From Eledone cirrhosa (taxonomy: Eukaryota): a DNA stretch of 64,000 nt. Both the position numbers and the translations under genes were made by a program. Below, in pieces: positions 12,990-28,300 of this stretch (its first letter is position 1; each line of letters opens with the position of its first letter). The DNA lies in NCBI GenBank assembly GCA_964016885.1, contig OZ024759.1:5394001-5458000 (forward strand), in the 5' to 3' direction. The notes beneath the pieces were generated by a model, which made no database searches, was not told the DNA's origin, and saw only the letters and a list, made by a program, of their open reading frames with translations.

Positions 12990-15900
12990 TGGTGAGAATT
13001 CAGTTAAGTTCATGGTACTAGCTGTCAGAAGTAACTCCACTGTTGGTGAGAATTCAGTTAAGTTCATGGTATTAGCTGTCAGAAGGAACTCCACTGTTGG
13101 TGAGAATTCATTTAAGTTCATGGTATTAGCTGTCAGAAGTAACTCCACTGTTGGTGAGAATTCATTTAAGTCATGGTATTAGTTGTCAGAAGTAACTCCA
13201 ATGTTGGTGAGAATTCATTTAAGTTCATGGTACTAGCTGTCAGAAGTAACTCCACTGTTGGTGACAATTCATTTAAGTTCATGGTATTAGCTGTCAGAAG
13301 TAACTCCACTGTTGGTGAGAATTCATTTAAGTCATGGTATTAGCTGTCAGAAGTAACTCCATTGTTTGTGAGAATTCATTTAAGTCATGGTACTAGCTGT
13401 CAGAAGTAACTCCACTGTTGGTGAGAATTCATTTAAGTTCATGGTACTAGCTGTCAGAAGTAACTCCACTGTTGGTGAGAATTCATTTAAGTTCATGGTA
13501 TTAGCTGTCAGAAGTAACTCCACTGTTGGTGAGAATTCATTTAAGTTCATGGTATTAGCTGTCAGAAGTAACTCCACTGTTGGTGAGAATTCATTTAAGT
13601 CATGGTATTAGCTGTCAGAAGTAACTCCAATGTTGGTGAGAATTCATTTAAGTTCATGGTATTAGCTGTCAGAAGGAACTCTACTGTTGGTGAGAATTCA
13701 TTTAAGTTCATGGTATTAGCTGTCAGAAGTAACTCCACTGTTGGTGAGAATTCATTTAAGTTCATGGTACTAGCTGTCAGAAGTAACTCCAATGTTGGTG
13801 AGAATTCATTTAAGTTCATGGTATTAGCTGTCAGAAGTAACTCCACTGTTGGTGAGAATTCATTTAAGTTCATGGTATTAGCTGTCAGAAGTAACTCCAC
13901 TGTTGGTGAGAATTCATTTAAGTTCATGGTACTAGCTGTCAGAAGTAACTCCACTGTTGGTGAGAATTCATTTAAGTTCATGGTATTAGCTGTCAGAAGT
14001 AACTCCACTGTTGGTGAGAATTCATTTAAGTTCATGGTACTAGCTGTCAGAAGTAACTCCACTGTTGGTGAGAATTCATTTAAGTCATGGTATTAGCTGT
14101 CAGAAGTAACTCCGATGTTGGTGAGAATTCATTTAAGTCATGGTACTAGCTGTCAGAAGTAACTCCAATGTTGGTGAGAATTCATTTAAGTTCATGGTAT
14201 TAGCTGTCAGAAGGAACTCCACTGTTGGTGAGAATTCATTTAAGTTCATGGTATTAGCTGTCAGAAGTAACTCCACTGTTGGTGAGAATTCATTTAAGTT
14301 CATGGTACTAGCTGTCAGAAGTAACTCCACTGTTGGTGAGAATTCAGTTAAGTTCATGGTACTAGCTGTCAGAAGTAACTCCACTGTTGGTGAGAATTCA
14401 GTTAAGTTCATGGTATTAGCTGTCAGAAGGAACTCCACTGTTGGTGAGAATTCATTTAAGTTCATGGTATTAGCTGTCAGAAGTAACTCCACTGTTGGTG
14501 AGAATTCATTTAAGTTCATGGTACTAGCTGTCAGAAGTAACTCCACTGTTAGTGAGAATTCATTTAAGTTCATGGTATTAGTTGTCAGAAGTAACACCAA
14601 TGTTGGTGAGAATTAATTTAAATCATGGTATTAGTTGTCAGAAGTAACTCCAATGTTGGTGAGAATTCATTTAAGTCATGGTACTAGCTGTCAGAAGTAA
14701 CTCCAATGTTGGTGAGAATTCATTTAAGTTCATGGTATTAGCTGTCAGAAGTAACTCCACTGTTGGTGAGAATTCAGTTAAGTTCATGGTACTAGCTGTC
14801 AGAAGTAACTCCTCTGTTGGTGAGAATTCAGTTAATTTCATGGTATTAGCTGTCAGAAGGAACTCCACTGTTGGTGAGAATTCATTTAAGTTCATGGTAT
14901 TAGCTGTCAGAAGTAACTCCACTGTTGGTGAGAATTCATTTAAGTTCATGGTACTAGCTGTCATAAGTAACTCCACTGTTGGTGAGAATTCAGTTAAGTT
15001 CATGGTATTAGTTGTCAGAAGTAACTCCACTGTTGGTGAGAATTAATTTAAATCATGGTATTAGTTGTCAGAAGTAACTCCAATGTTGGTGAGAATTCAT
15101 TTAAGTTCATGGTACTAGCTGTCAGAAGTAACTCCACTGTTGGTGAGAATTCATTTAAGTTCATGGTATTAGCTGTCAGAAGTAACTTCACTGTTGGTGA
15201 GAATTCATTTAAGTCATGGTATTAGCTGTCAGAAGTAACTCCATTGTTGGTGAGAATTCATTTAAGTTCATAGTACTAGCTGTCAGAAGTAACTCCACTG
15301 TTGGTGAGAATTCATTTAAGTTCATGGTACTAGCTGTCAGAAGTAACTCCAATGTTGGTGAGAATTCATTTAAGTTCATGGTATTAGCTGTCAGAAGGAA
15401 CTCCACTGTTGGTGAGAATTCATTTAAGTTCATGGTATTAGCTGTCAGAAGTAACTCCACTGTTGGTGAGAATTCATTTAAGTTCATGGTACTAGTTGTC
15501 AGAAGTAACTCCACTGTTGGTGAGAATTCATTTAAGTCATGGTATTAGCTGTCAGAAGTAACTCCGATGTTGGTGAGAATTCATTTAAGTCATGGTACTA
15601 GCTGTCAGAAGTAACTCCAATGTTGGTGAGAATTCATTTAAGTTCATGGTATTAGCTGTCAGAAGGAACTCCACTGTTGGTGAGAATTCATTTAAGTTCA
15701 TGGTATTAGCTGTCAGAAGTAACTCCACTGTTGGTGAGAATTCATTTAAGTTCATGGTACTAGCTGTCAGAAGTAACTCCACTGTTGGTGAGAATTCAGT
15801 TAAGTTCATGGTACTAGCTGTCAGAAGTAACTCCACTGTTGGTGAGAATTCAGTTAAGTTCATGGTATTAGCTGTCAGAAGGAACTCCACTGTTGGTGAG

Positions 15901-17840
15901 AATTCATTTAAGTTCATGGTATTAGCTGTCAGAAGTAACTCCACTGTTGGTGAGAATTCATTTAAGTCATGGTATTAGTTGTCAGAAGTAACTCCAATGT
16001 TGGTGAGAATTCATTTAAGTTCATGGTACTAGCTGTCAGAAGTAACTCCACTGTTGGTGACAATTCATTTAAGTTCATGGTATTAGCTGTCAGAAGTAAC
16101 TCCACTGTTGGTGAGAATTCATTTAAGTCATGGTATTAGCTGTCAGAAGTAACTCCATTGTTTGTGAGAATTCATTTAAGTCATGGTACTAGCTGTCAGA
16201 AGTAACTCCACTGTTGGTGAGAATTCATTTAAGTTCATGGTACTAGCTGTCAGAAGTAACTCCACTGTTGGTGAGAATTCATTTAAGTTCATGGTATTAG
16301 CTGTCAGAAGTAACTCCACTGTTGGTGAGAATTCATTTAAGTTCATGGTATTAGCTGTCAGAAGTAACTCCACTGTTGGTGAGAATTCATTTAAGTCATG
16401 GTATTAGCTGTCAGAAGTAACTCCAATGTTGGTGAGAATTCATTTAAGTTCATGGTATTAGCTGTCAGAAGGAACTCTACTGTTGGTGAGAATTCATTTA
16501 AGTTCATGGTATTAGCTGTCAGAAGTAACTCCACTGTTGGTGAGAATTCATTTAAGTTCATGGTACTAGCTGTCAGAAGTAACTCCAATGTTGGTGAGAA
16601 TTCATTTAAGTTCATGGTATTAGCTGTCAGAAGTAACTCCACTGTTGGTGAGAATTCATTTAAGTTCATGGTATTAGCTGTCAGAAGTAACTCCACTGTT
16701 GGTGAGAATTCATTTAAGTTCATGGTACTAGCTGTCAGAAGTAACTCCACTGTTGGTGAGAATTCATTTAAGTTCATGGTATTAGCTGTCAGAAGTAACT
16801 CCACTGTTGGTGAGAATTCATTTAAGTTCATGGTACTAGCTGTCAGAAGTAACTCCACTGTTGGTGAGAATTCATTTAAGTCATGGTATTAGCTGTCAGA
16901 AGTAACTCCGATGTTGGTGAGAATTCATTTAAGTCATGGTACTAGCTGTCAGAAGTAACTCCAATGTTGGTGAGAATTCATTTAAGTTCATGGTATTAGC
17001 TGTCAGAAGGAACTCCACTGTTGGTGAGAATTCATTTAAGTTCATGGTATTAGCTGTCAGAAGTAACTCCACTGTTGGTGAGAATTCATTTAAGTTCATG
17101 GTACTAGCTGTCAGAAGTAACTCCACTGTTGGTGAGAATTCAGTTAAGTTCATGGTACTAGCTGTCAGAAGTAACTCCACTGTTGGTGAGAATTCAGTTA
17201 AGTTCATGGTACTAGCTGTCAGAAGGAACTCCACTGTTGGTGAGAATTCATTTAAGTTCATGGTATTAGCTGTCAGAAGTAACTCCACTGTTGGTGAGAA
17301 TTCATTTAAGTTCATGGTACTAGCTGTCAGAAGTAACTCCACTGTTAGTGAGAATTCATTTAAGTTCATGGTATTAGTTGTCAGAAGTAACACCAATGTT
17401 GGTGAGAATTAATTTAAATCATGGTATTAGTTGTCAGAAGTAACTCCAATGTTGGTGAGAATTCATTTAAGTCATGGTACTAGCTGTCAGAAGTAACTCC
17501 AATGTTGGTGAGAATTCATTTAAGTTCATGGTATTAGCTGTCAGAAGTAACTCCACTGTTGGTGAGAATTCAGTTAAGTTCATGGTACTAGCTGTCAGAA
17601 GTAACTCCTCTGTTGGTGAGAATTCAGTTAATTTCATGGTATTAGCTGTCAGAAGGAACTCCACTGTTGGTGAGAATTCATTTAAGTTCATGGTATTAGC
17701 TGTCAGAAGTAACTCCACTGTTGGTGAGAATTCATTTAAGTTCATGGTACTAGCTGTCATAAGTAACTCCACTGTTGGTGAGAATTCAGTTAAGTTCATG
17801 GTATTAGTTGTCAGAAGTAACTCCACTGTTGGTGAGAATT
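12990..17840. repeat. 2796-bp (52-monomer) higher-order repeat, ~1.7 tandem copies
   Basis: ORF blocks 13380/16176, 13595/16391, 14133/16929 and 14671/17467 are all +2796. Markers GGTGACAATTC, GTTAGTGAG, AACACCAAT and GTCATAAG recur in the same order. Confidence 0.9.
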
Positions 17841-18449
17841 CATTTAAGTTCATGGTACTAGCTGTCAGAAGTAACTCCACTGTTGGTGAGAATTCATTTA
17901 AGTTCATGGTACTAGCTGTCAGAAGTAACTCCACTGTTGCTGAGAATTCATTTAAGTTCATGGTATTAGCTGTCAGAAGTAACTCCACTGTTGGTGAGAA
18001 TTCATTTAAGTCATGGTATTAGCTGTCAGAAGTAACTCCATTGTTGGTGAGAATTCATTTAAGTCATGGTACTAGCTGTCAGAAGTAACTCCACTGTTGG
18101 TGAGAATTCATTTAAGTTCATGGTACTAGCTGTCAGAAGTAACTCCACTGTTGGTGAGAATTCATTTAAGTTCATGGTATTAGCTGTCAGAAGTAACTCC
18201 ACTGTTGGTGAGAATTCATTTAAGTTCATGGTATTAGTTGTCAGAAGTAACTCCAATGTTGGTGAGAATTCATTTAAGTTCATGGTACTAGCTGTCAGAA
18301 GTAACTCCACTGTTGGTGAGAATTCATTTAAGTTCATGGTATTAGCTGTCAGAAGTAACTCCACTGTTGGTGAGAATTCATTTAAGTTCATGGTATCAGC
18401 TGTCAGAAGTAACTCCACTGTTGGTGAGAATTCATTTAAGTCATGGTAT

Positions 18450-21400
18450 TAGCTGTCAGAAGTAACTCCAATGTTGGTGAGAATTCATTTAAGTTCATGG
18501 TATTAGCTGTCAGAAGGAACTCTACTGTTGGTGAGAATTCATTTAAGTTCATGGTATTAGCTGTCAGAAGTAACTCCACTGTTGGTGAGAATTCATTTAA
18601 GTTCATGGTACTAGCTGTCAGAAGTAACTCCAATGTTGGTGAGAATTCATTTAAGTTCATGGTATTAGCTGTCAGAAGTAACTCCACTGTTGGTGAGAAT
18701 TCATTTAAGTTCATGGTATTAGCTGTCAGAAGTAACTCCACTGTTGGTGAGAATTCATTTAAGTTCATGGTACTAGCTGTCAGAAGTAACTACACTGTTG
18801 GTGAGAATTCATTTAAGTTCATGGTATTAGCTGTCAGAAGTAACTCCACTGTTGGTGAGAATTCATTTAAGTTCATGGTACTAGCTGTCAGAAGTAACTC
18901 CACTGTTTGTGAGAATTCATTTAAGTCATGGTATTAGCTGTCAGAAGTAACTCCGATGTTGGTGAGAATTCATTTAAGTCATGGTACTAGCTGTCAGAAG
19001 TAACTCCAATGTTGGTGAGAATTCATTTAAGTTCATGGTATTAGCTGTCAGAAGGAACTCCACTGTTGGTGAGAATTCATTTAAGTTCATGGTATTAGCT
19101 GTCAGAAGTAACTCCACTGTTGGTGAGAATTCATTTAAGTTCATGGTACTAGCTGTCAGAAGTAACTCCACTGTTGGTGAGAATTCAGTTAAGTTCATGG
19201 TACTAGCTGTCAGAAGTAACTCCACTGTTGGTGAGAATTCAGTTAAGTTCATGGTATTAGCTGTCAGAAGGAACTCCACTGTTGGTGAGAATTCATTTAA
19301 GTTCATGGTATTAGCTGTCAGAAGTAACTCCACTGTTGGTGAGAATTCATTTAAGTCATGGTATTAGTTGTCAGAAGTAACTCCAATGTTGGTGAGAATT
19401 CATTTAAGTTCATGGTACTAGCTGTCAGAAGTAACTCCACTGTTGGTGACAATTCATTTAAGTTCATGGTATTAGCTGTCAGAAGTAACTCCACTGTTGG
19501 TGAGAATTCATTTAAGTCATGGTATTAGCTGTCAGAAGTAACTCCATTGTTTGTGAGAATTCATTTAAGTCATGGTACTAGCTGTCAGAAGTAACTCCAC
19601 TGTTGGTGAGAATTCATTTAAGTTCATGGTACTAGCTGTCAGAAGTAACTCCACTGTTGGTGAGAATTCATTTAAGTTCATGGTATTAGCTGTCAGAAGT
19701 AACTCCACTGTTGGTGAGAATTCATTTAAGTTCATGGTATTAGCTGTCAGAAGTAACTCCACTGTTGGTGAGAATTCATTTAAGTCATGGTATTAGCTGT
19801 CAGAAGTAACTCCAATGTTGGTGAGAATTCATTTAAGTTCATGGTATTAGCTGTCAGAAGGAACTCTACTGTTGGTGAGAATTCATTTAAGTTCATGGTA
19901 TTAGCTGTCAGAAGTAACTCCACTGTTGGTGAGAATTCATTTAAGTTCATGGTACTAGCTGTCAGAAGTAACTCCAATGTTGGTGAGAATTCATTTAAGT
20001 TCATGGTATTAGCTGTCAGAAGTAACTCCACTGTTGGTGAGAATTCATTTAAGTTCATGGTATTAGCTGTCAGAAGTAACTCCACTGTTGGTGAGAATTC
20101 ATTTAAGTTCATGGTACTAGCTGTCAGAAGTAACTCCACTGTTGGTGAGAATTCATTTAAGTTCATGGTATTAGCTGTCAGAAGTAACTCCACTGTTGGT
20201 GAGAATTCATTTAAGTTCATGGTACTAGCTGTCAGAAGTAACTCCACTGTTGGTGAGAATTCATTTAAGTCATGGTATTAGCTGTCAGAAGTAACTCCGA
20301 TGTTGGTGAGAATTCATTTAAGTCATGGTACTAGCTGTCAGAAGTAACTCCAATGTTGGTGAGAATTCATTTAAGTTCATGGTATTAGCTGTCAGAAGGA
20401 ACTCCACTGTTGGTGAGAATTCATTTAAGTTCATGGTATTAGCTGTCAGAAGTAACTCCACTGTTGGTGAGAATTCATTTAAGTTCATGGTACTAGCTGT
20501 CAGAAGTAACTCCAATGTTGGTGAGAATTCATTTAAGTTCATGGTATTAGCTGTCAGAAGTAACTCCACTGTTGGTGAGAATTCATTTAAGTTCATGGTA
20601 TTAGCTGTCAGAAGTAACTCCACTGTTGGTGAGAATTCATTTAAGTTCATGGTACTAGCTGTCAGAAGTAACTACACTGTTGGTGAGAATTCATTTAAGT
20701 TCATGGTATTAGCTGTCAGAAGTAACTCCACTGTTGGTGAGAATTCATTTAAGTTCATGGTACTAGCTGTCAGAAGTAACTCCACTGTTTGTGAGAATTC
20801 ATTTAAGTCATGGTATTAGCTGTCAGAAGTAACTCCGATGTTGGTGAGAATTCATTTAAGTCATGGTACTAGCTGTCAGAAGTAACTCCAATGTTGGTGA
20901 GAATTCATTTAAGTTCATGGTATTAGCTGTCAGAAGGAACTCCACTGTTGGTGAGAATTCATTTAAGTTCATGGTATTAGCTGTCAGAAGTAACTCCACT
21001 GTTGGTGAGAATTCATTTAAGTTCATGGTACTAGCTGTCAGAAGTAACTCCACTGTTGGTGAGAATTCAGTTAAGTTCATGGTACTAGCTGTCAGAAGTA
21101 ACTCCACTGTTGGTGAGAATTCAGTTAAGTTCATGGTATTAGCTGTCAGAAGGAACTCCACTGTTGGTGAGAATTCATTTAAGTTCATGGTATTAGCTGT
21201 CAGAAGTAACTCCACTGTTGGTGAGAATTCATTTAAGTCATGGTATTAGTTGTCAGAAGTAACTCCAATGTTGGTGAGAATTCATTTAAGTTCATGGTAC
21301 TAGCTGTCAGAAGTAACTCCACTGTTGGTGACAATTCATTTAAGTTCATGGTATTAGCTGTCAGAAGTAACTCCACTGTTGGTGAGAATTCATTTAAGTC

Positions 21401-22380
21401 ATGGTATTAGCTGTCAGAAGTAACTCCATTGTTTGTGAGAATTCATTTAAGTCATGGTACTAGCTGTCAGAAGTAACTCCACTGTTGGTGAGAATTCATT
21501 TAAGTTCATGGTACTAGCTGTCAGAAGTAACTCCACTGTTGGTGAGAATTCATTTAAGTTCATGGTATTAGCTGTCAGAAGTAACTCCACTGTTGGTGAG
21601 AATTCATTTAAGTTCATGGTATTAGCTGTCAGAAGTAACTCCACTGTTGGTGAGAATTCATTTAAGTCATGGTATTAGCTGTCAGAAGTAACTCCAATGT
21701 TGGTGAGAATTCATTTAAGTTCATGGTATTAGCTGTCAGAAGGAACTCTACTGTTGGTGAGAATTCATTTAAGTTCATGGTATTAGCTGTCAGAAGTAAC
21801 TCCACTGTTGGTGAGAATTCATTTAAGTTCATGGTACTAGCTGTCAGAAGTAACTCCAATGTTGGTGAGAATTCATTTAAGTTCATGGTATTAGCTGTCA
21901 GAAGTAACTCCACTGTTGGTGAGAATTCATTTAAGTTCATGGTATTAGCTGTCAGAAGTAACTCCACTGTTGGTGAGAATTCATTTAAGTTCATGGTACT
22001 AGCTGTCAGAAGTAACTCCACTGTTGGTGAGAATTCATTTAAGTTCATGGTATTAGCTGTCAGAAGTAACTCCACTGTTGGTGAGAATTCATTTAAGTTC
22101 ATGGTACTAGCTGTCAGAAGTAACTCCACTGTTGGTGAGAATTCATTTAAGTCATGGTATTAGCTGTCAGAAGTAACTCCGATGTTGGTGAGAATTCATT
22201 TAAGTCATGGTACTAGCTGTCAGAAGTAACTCCAATGTTGGTGAGAATTCATTTAAGTTCATGGTATTAGCTGTCAGAAGGAACTCCACTGTTGGTGAGA
22301 ATTCATTTAAGTTCATGGTATTAGCTGTCAGAAGTAACTCCACTGTTGGTGAGAATTCATTTAAGTTCATGGTACTAGCT
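18450..22380. repeat. 1882-bp (35-monomer) tandem duplication
   Basis: ORF blocks 18436/20318, 18974/20856, 19565/21447 and 19780/21662 are all +1882. Markers AACTACAC (~18791/~20673) and ACTGTTTGTG (~18902/~20784). Confidence 0.88.
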
Positions 22381-25300
22381 GTCAGAAGTAACTCCACTGT
22401 TGGTGAGAATTCAGTTAAGTTCATGGTACTAGCTGTCAGAAGTAACTCCACTGTTGGTGAGAATTCAGTTAAGTTCATGGTATTAGCTGTCAGAAGGAAC
22501 TCCACTGTTGGTGAGAATTCATTTAAGTTCATGGTATTAGCTGTCAGAAGTAACTCCACTGTTGGTGAGAATTCATTTAAGTTCATGGTACTAGCCGTCA
22601 GAAGTAACTCCACTGTTAGTGAGAATTCATTTAAGTTCATGGTATTAGTTGTCAGAAGTAACACCAATGTTGGTGAGAATTAATTTAAATCATGGTATTA
22701 GTTGTCAGAAGTAACTCCAATGTTGGTGAGAATTCATTTAAGTCATGGTACTAGCTGTCAGAAGTAACTCCAATGTTGGTGAGAATTCATTTAAGTTCAT
22801 GGTATTAGCTGTCAGAAGTAACTCCACTGTTGGTGAGAATTCAGTTAAGTTCATGGTACTAGCTGTCAGAAGTAACTCCTCTGTTGGTGAGAATTCAGTT
22901 AATTTCATGGTATTAGCTGTCAGAAGGAACTCCACTGTTGGTGAGAATTCATTTAAGTTCATGGTATTAGCTGTCAGAAGTAACTCCACTGTTGGTGAGA
23001 ATTCATTTAAGTTCATGGTACTAGCTGTCATAAGTAACTCCACTGTTGGTGAGAATTCAGTTAAGTTCATGGTATTAGTTGTCAGAAGTAACTCCACTGT
23101 TGGTGAGAATTAATTTAAGTTCATAGTACTAGCTGTCAGAAGTAACTCCACTGTTGGTGAGAATTCATTTAAGTTCATGGTACTAGCTGTCAGAAGTAAC
23201 TCCAATGTTGGTGAGAATTCATTTAAGTTCATGGTATTAGCTGTCAGAAGGAACTCCACTGTTGGTGAGAATTCATTTAAGTTCATGGTATTAGCTGTCA
23301 GAAGTAACTCCACTGTTGGTGAGAATTCATTTAAGTTCATGGTACTAGTTGTCAGAAGTAACTCCACTGTTGGTGAGAATTCATTTAAGTCATGGTATTA
23401 GCTGTCAGAAGTAACTCCGATGTTGGTGAGAATTCATTTAAGTCATGGTACTAGCTGTCAGAAGTAACTCCAATGTTGGTGAGAATTCATTTAAGTTCAT
23501 GGTATTAGCTGTCAGAAGGAACTCCACTGTTGGTGAGAATTCATTTAAGTTCATGGTATTAGCTGTCAGAAGTAACTCCACTGTTGGTGAGAATTCATTT
23601 AAGTTCATGGTACTAGCTGTCAGAAGTAACTCCACTGTTGGTGAGAATTCAGTTAAGTTCATGGTACTAGCTGTCAGAAGTAACTCCACTGTTGGTGAGA
23701 ATTCAGTTAAGTTCATGGTATTAGCTGTCAGAAGGAACTCCACTGTTGGTGAGAATTCATTTAAGTTCATGGTATTAGCTGTCAGAAGTAACTCCACTGT
23801 TGGTGAGAATTCATTTAAGTCATGGTATTAGTTGTCAGAAGTAACTCCAATGTTGGTGAGAATTCATTTAAGTTCATGGTACTAGCTGTCAGAAGTAACT
23901 CCACTGTTGGTGACAATTCATTTAAGTTCATGGTATTAGCTGTCAGAAGTAACTCCACTGTTGGTGAGAATTCATTTAAGTCATGGTATTAGCTGTCAGA
24001 AGTAACTCCATTGTTTGTGAGAATTCATTTAAGTCATGGTACTAGCTGTCAGAAGTAACTCCACTGTTGGTGAGAATTCATTTAAGTTCATGGTACTAGC
24101 TGTCAGAAGTAACTCCACTGTTGGTGAGAATTCATTTAAGTTCATGGTATTAGCTGTCAGAAGTAACTCCACTGTTGGTGAGAATTCATTTAAGTTCATG
24201 GTATTAGCTGTCAGAAGTAACTCCACTGTTGGTGAGAATTCATTTAAGTCATGGTATTAGCTGTCAGAAGTAACTCCAATGTTGGTGAGAATTCATTTAA
24301 GTTCATGGTATTAGCTGTCAGAAGGAACTCTACTGTTGGTGAGAATTCATTTAAGTTCATGGTATTAGCTGTCAGAAGTAACTCCACTGTTGGTGAGAAT
24401 TCATTTAAGTTCATGGTACTAGCTGTCAGAAGTAACTCCAATGTTGGTGAGAATTCATTTAAGTTCATGGTATTAGCTGTCAGAAGTAACTCCACTGTTG
24501 GTGAGAATTCATTTAAGTTCATGGTATTAGCTGTCAGAAGTAACTCCACTGTTGGTGAGAATTCATTTAAGTTCATGGTACTAGCTGTCAGAAGTAACTC
24601 CACTGTTGGTGAGAATTCATTTAAGTTCATGGTATTAGCTGTCAGAAGTAACTCCACTGTTGGTGAGAATTCATTTAAGTTCATGGTACTAGCTGTCAGA
24701 AGTAACTCCACTGTTGGTGAGAATTCATTTAAGTCATGGTATTAGCTGTCAGAAGTAACTCCGATGTTGGTGAGAATTCATTTAAGTCATGGTACTAGCT
24801 GTCAGAAGTAACTCCAATGTTGGTGAGAATTCATTTAAGTTCATGGTATTAGCTGTCAGAAGGAACTCCACTGTTGGTGAGAATTCATTTAAGTTCATGG
24901 TATTAGCTGTCAGAAGTAACTCCACTGTTGGTGAGAATTCATTTAAGTTCATGGTACTAGCTGTCAGAAGTAACTCCACTGTTGGTGAGAATTCAGTTAA
25001 GTTCATGGTACTAGCTGTCAGAAGTAACTCCACTGTTGGTGAGAATTCAGTTAAGTTCATGGTATTAGCTGTCAGAAGGAACTCCACTGTTGGTGAGAAT
25101 TCATTTAAGTTCATGGTATTAGCTGTCAGAAGTAACTCCACTGTTGGTGAGAATTCATTTAAGTTCATGGTACTAGCTGTCAGAAGTAACTCCACTGTTA
25201 GTGAGAATTCATTTAAGTTCATGGTATTAGTTGTCAGAAGTAACACCAATGTTGGTGAGAATTAATTTAAATCATGGTATTAGTTGTCAGAAGTAACTCC

Positions 25301-28300
25301 AATGTTGGTGAGAATTCATTTAAGTCATGGTACTAGCTGTCAGAAGTAACTCCAATGTTGGTGAGAATTCATTTAAGTTCATGGTATTAGCTGTCAGAAG
25401 TAACTCCACTGTTGGTGAGAATTCAGTTAAGTTCATGGTACTAGCTGTCAGAAGTAACTCCTCTGTTGGTGAGAATTCAGTTAATTTCATGGTATTAGCT
25501 GTCAGAAGGAACTCCACTGTTGGTGAGAATTCATTTAAGTTCATGGTATTAGCTGTCAGAAGTAACTCCACTGTTGGTGAGAATTCATTTAAGTTCATGG
25601 TACTAGCTGTCATAAGTAACTCCACTGTTGGTGAGAATTCAGTTAAGTTCATGGTATTAGTTGTCAGAAGTAACTCCACTGTTGGTGAGAATTAATTTAA
25701 ATCATGGTATTAGTTGTCAGAAGTAACTCCAATGTTGGTGAGAATTCATTTAAGTTCATGGTACTAGCTGTCAGAAGTAACTCCACTGTTGGTGAGAATT
25801 CATTTAAGTTCATGGTATTAGCTGTCAGAAGTAACTCCACTGTTGGTGAGAATTCATTTAAGTCATGGTATTAGCTGTCAGAAGTAACTCCATTGTTGGT
25901 GAGAATTCATTTAAGTTCATAGTACTAGCTGTCAGAAGTAACTCCACTGTTGGTGAGAATTCATTTAAGTTCATGGTACTAGCTGTCAGAAGTAACTCCA
26001 ATGTTGGTGAGAATTCATTTAAGTTCATGGTATTAGCTGTCAGAAGGAACTCCACTGTTGGTGAGAATTCATTTAAGTTCATGGTATTAGCTGTCAGAAG
26101 TAACTCCACTGTTGGTGAGAATTCATTTAAGTTCATGGTACTAGTTGTCAGAAGTAACTCCACTGTTGGTGAGAATTCATTTAAGTTCATGGTATTAGTT
26201 GTCAGAAGTAACTGCACTGTTGGTGAGAATTCATTTAAGTCATGGTATTAGTTGTCAGAAGTAACTCCAATGTTGGTGAGAATTCATTTAAGTTCATGGT
26301 ACTAGCTGTCAGAAGTAACTCCACTGTTGGTGAGAATTCATTTAAGTTCATGGTATTAGCTGTCAGAAGTAACTCCACTGTTGGTGAGAATTCATTTAAG
26401 TCATGGTATTAGCTGTCAGAAGTAACTCCATTGTTGGTGAGAATTCATTTAAGTCATGGTACTAGCTGTCAGAAGTAACTCCACTGTTGGTGAGAATTCA
26501 TTTAAGTTCATGGTACTAGCTGTCAGAAGTAACTCCACTGTTGGTGAGAATTCATTTAAGTTCATGGTATTAGCTGTCAGAAGTAACTCCACTGTTGGTG
26601 AGAATTCATTTAAGTTCATGGTATTAGTTGTCAGAAGTAACTCCAATGTTGTTGAGAATTCATTTAAGTTCATGGTACTAGCTGTCAGAAGTAACTCCAC
26701 TGTTGGTGAGAATTCATTTAAGTTCATGGTATTAGCTGTCAGAAGTAACTCCACTGTTGGTGAGAATTCATTTAAGTTCATGGTATTAGCTGTCAGAAGT
26801 AACTCCACTGTTGGTGAGAATTCATTTAAGTCATGGTATTAGCTGTCAGAAGTAACTCCAATGTTGTTGAGAATTCATTTAAGTTCATGGTATTAGCTGT
26901 CAGAAGGAACTCTACTGTTGGTGAGAATTCATTTAAGTTCATGGTATTAGCTGTCAGAAGTAACTCCACTGTTGGTGAGAATTCATTTAAGTTCATGGTA
27001 CTAGCTGTCAGAAGTAACTACACTGTTGGTGAGAATTCATTTAAGTTCATGGTATTAGCTGTCAGAAGTAACTCCACTGTTGGTGAGAATTCATTTAAGT
27101 TCATGGTACTAGCTGTCAGAAGTAACTCCACTGTTGGTGAGAATTCATTTAAGTCATGGTATTAGCTGTCAGAAGTAACTCCGATGTTGGTGAGAATTCA
27201 TTTAAGTCATGGTACTAGCTGTCAGAAGTAACTCCAATGTTGGTGAGAATTCATTTAAGTTCATGGTATTAGCTGTCAGAAGGAACTCCACTGTTGGTGA
27301 GAATTCATTTAAGTTCATGGTATTAGCTGTCAGAAGTAACTCCACTGTTGGTGAGAATTCATTTAAGTTCATGGTACTAGCTGTCAGAAGTAACTCCACT
27401 GTTGGTGAGAATTCAGTTAAGTTCATGGTACTAGCTGTCAGAAGTAACTCCACTGTTGGTGAGAATTCAGTTAAGTTCATGGTATTAGCTGTCAGAAGGA
27501 ACTCCACTGTTGGTGAGAATTCATTTAAGTTCATGGTATTAGCTGTCAGAAGTAACTCCACTGTTGGTGAGAATTCATTTAAGTCATGGTATTAGTTGTC
27601 AGAAGTAACTCCAATGTTGGTGAGAATTCATTTAAGTTCATGGTACTAGCTGTCAGAAGTAACTCCACTGTTGGTGAGAATTCATTTAAGTTCATGGTAT
27701 TAGCTGTCAGAAGTAACTCCACTGTTGGTGAGAATTCATTTAAGTCATGGTATTAGCTGTCAGAAGTAACTCCATTGTTTGTGAGAATTCATTTAAGTCA
27801 TGGTATTAGTTGTCAGAAGTAACTCCAATGTTGGTGAGAATTCATTTAAGTTCATGGTACTAGCTGTCAGAAGTAACTCCACTGTTGGTGAGAATTCATT
27901 TAAGTTCATGGTACTAGCTGTCAGAAGTAACTCCACTGTTGGTGAGAATTCATTTAAGTCATGGTATTAGCTGTCAGAAGTAACTCCGATGTTGGTGAGA
28001 ATTCATTTAAGTCATGGTACTAGCTGTCAGAAGTAACTCCAATGTTGGTGAGAATTCATTTAAGTTCATGGTATTAGCTGTCAGAAGGAACTCCACTGTT
28101 GGTGAGAATTCATTTAAGTTCATGGTATTAGCTGTCAGAAGTAACTCCACTGTTGGTGAGAATTCATTTAAGTTCATGGTACTAGCTGTCAGAAGTAACT
28201 CCAATGTTGGTGAGAATTCATTTAAGTTCATGGTATTAGCTGTCAGAAGTAACTCCACTGTTGGTGAGAATTCATTTAAGTTCATGGTATTAGCTGTCAG

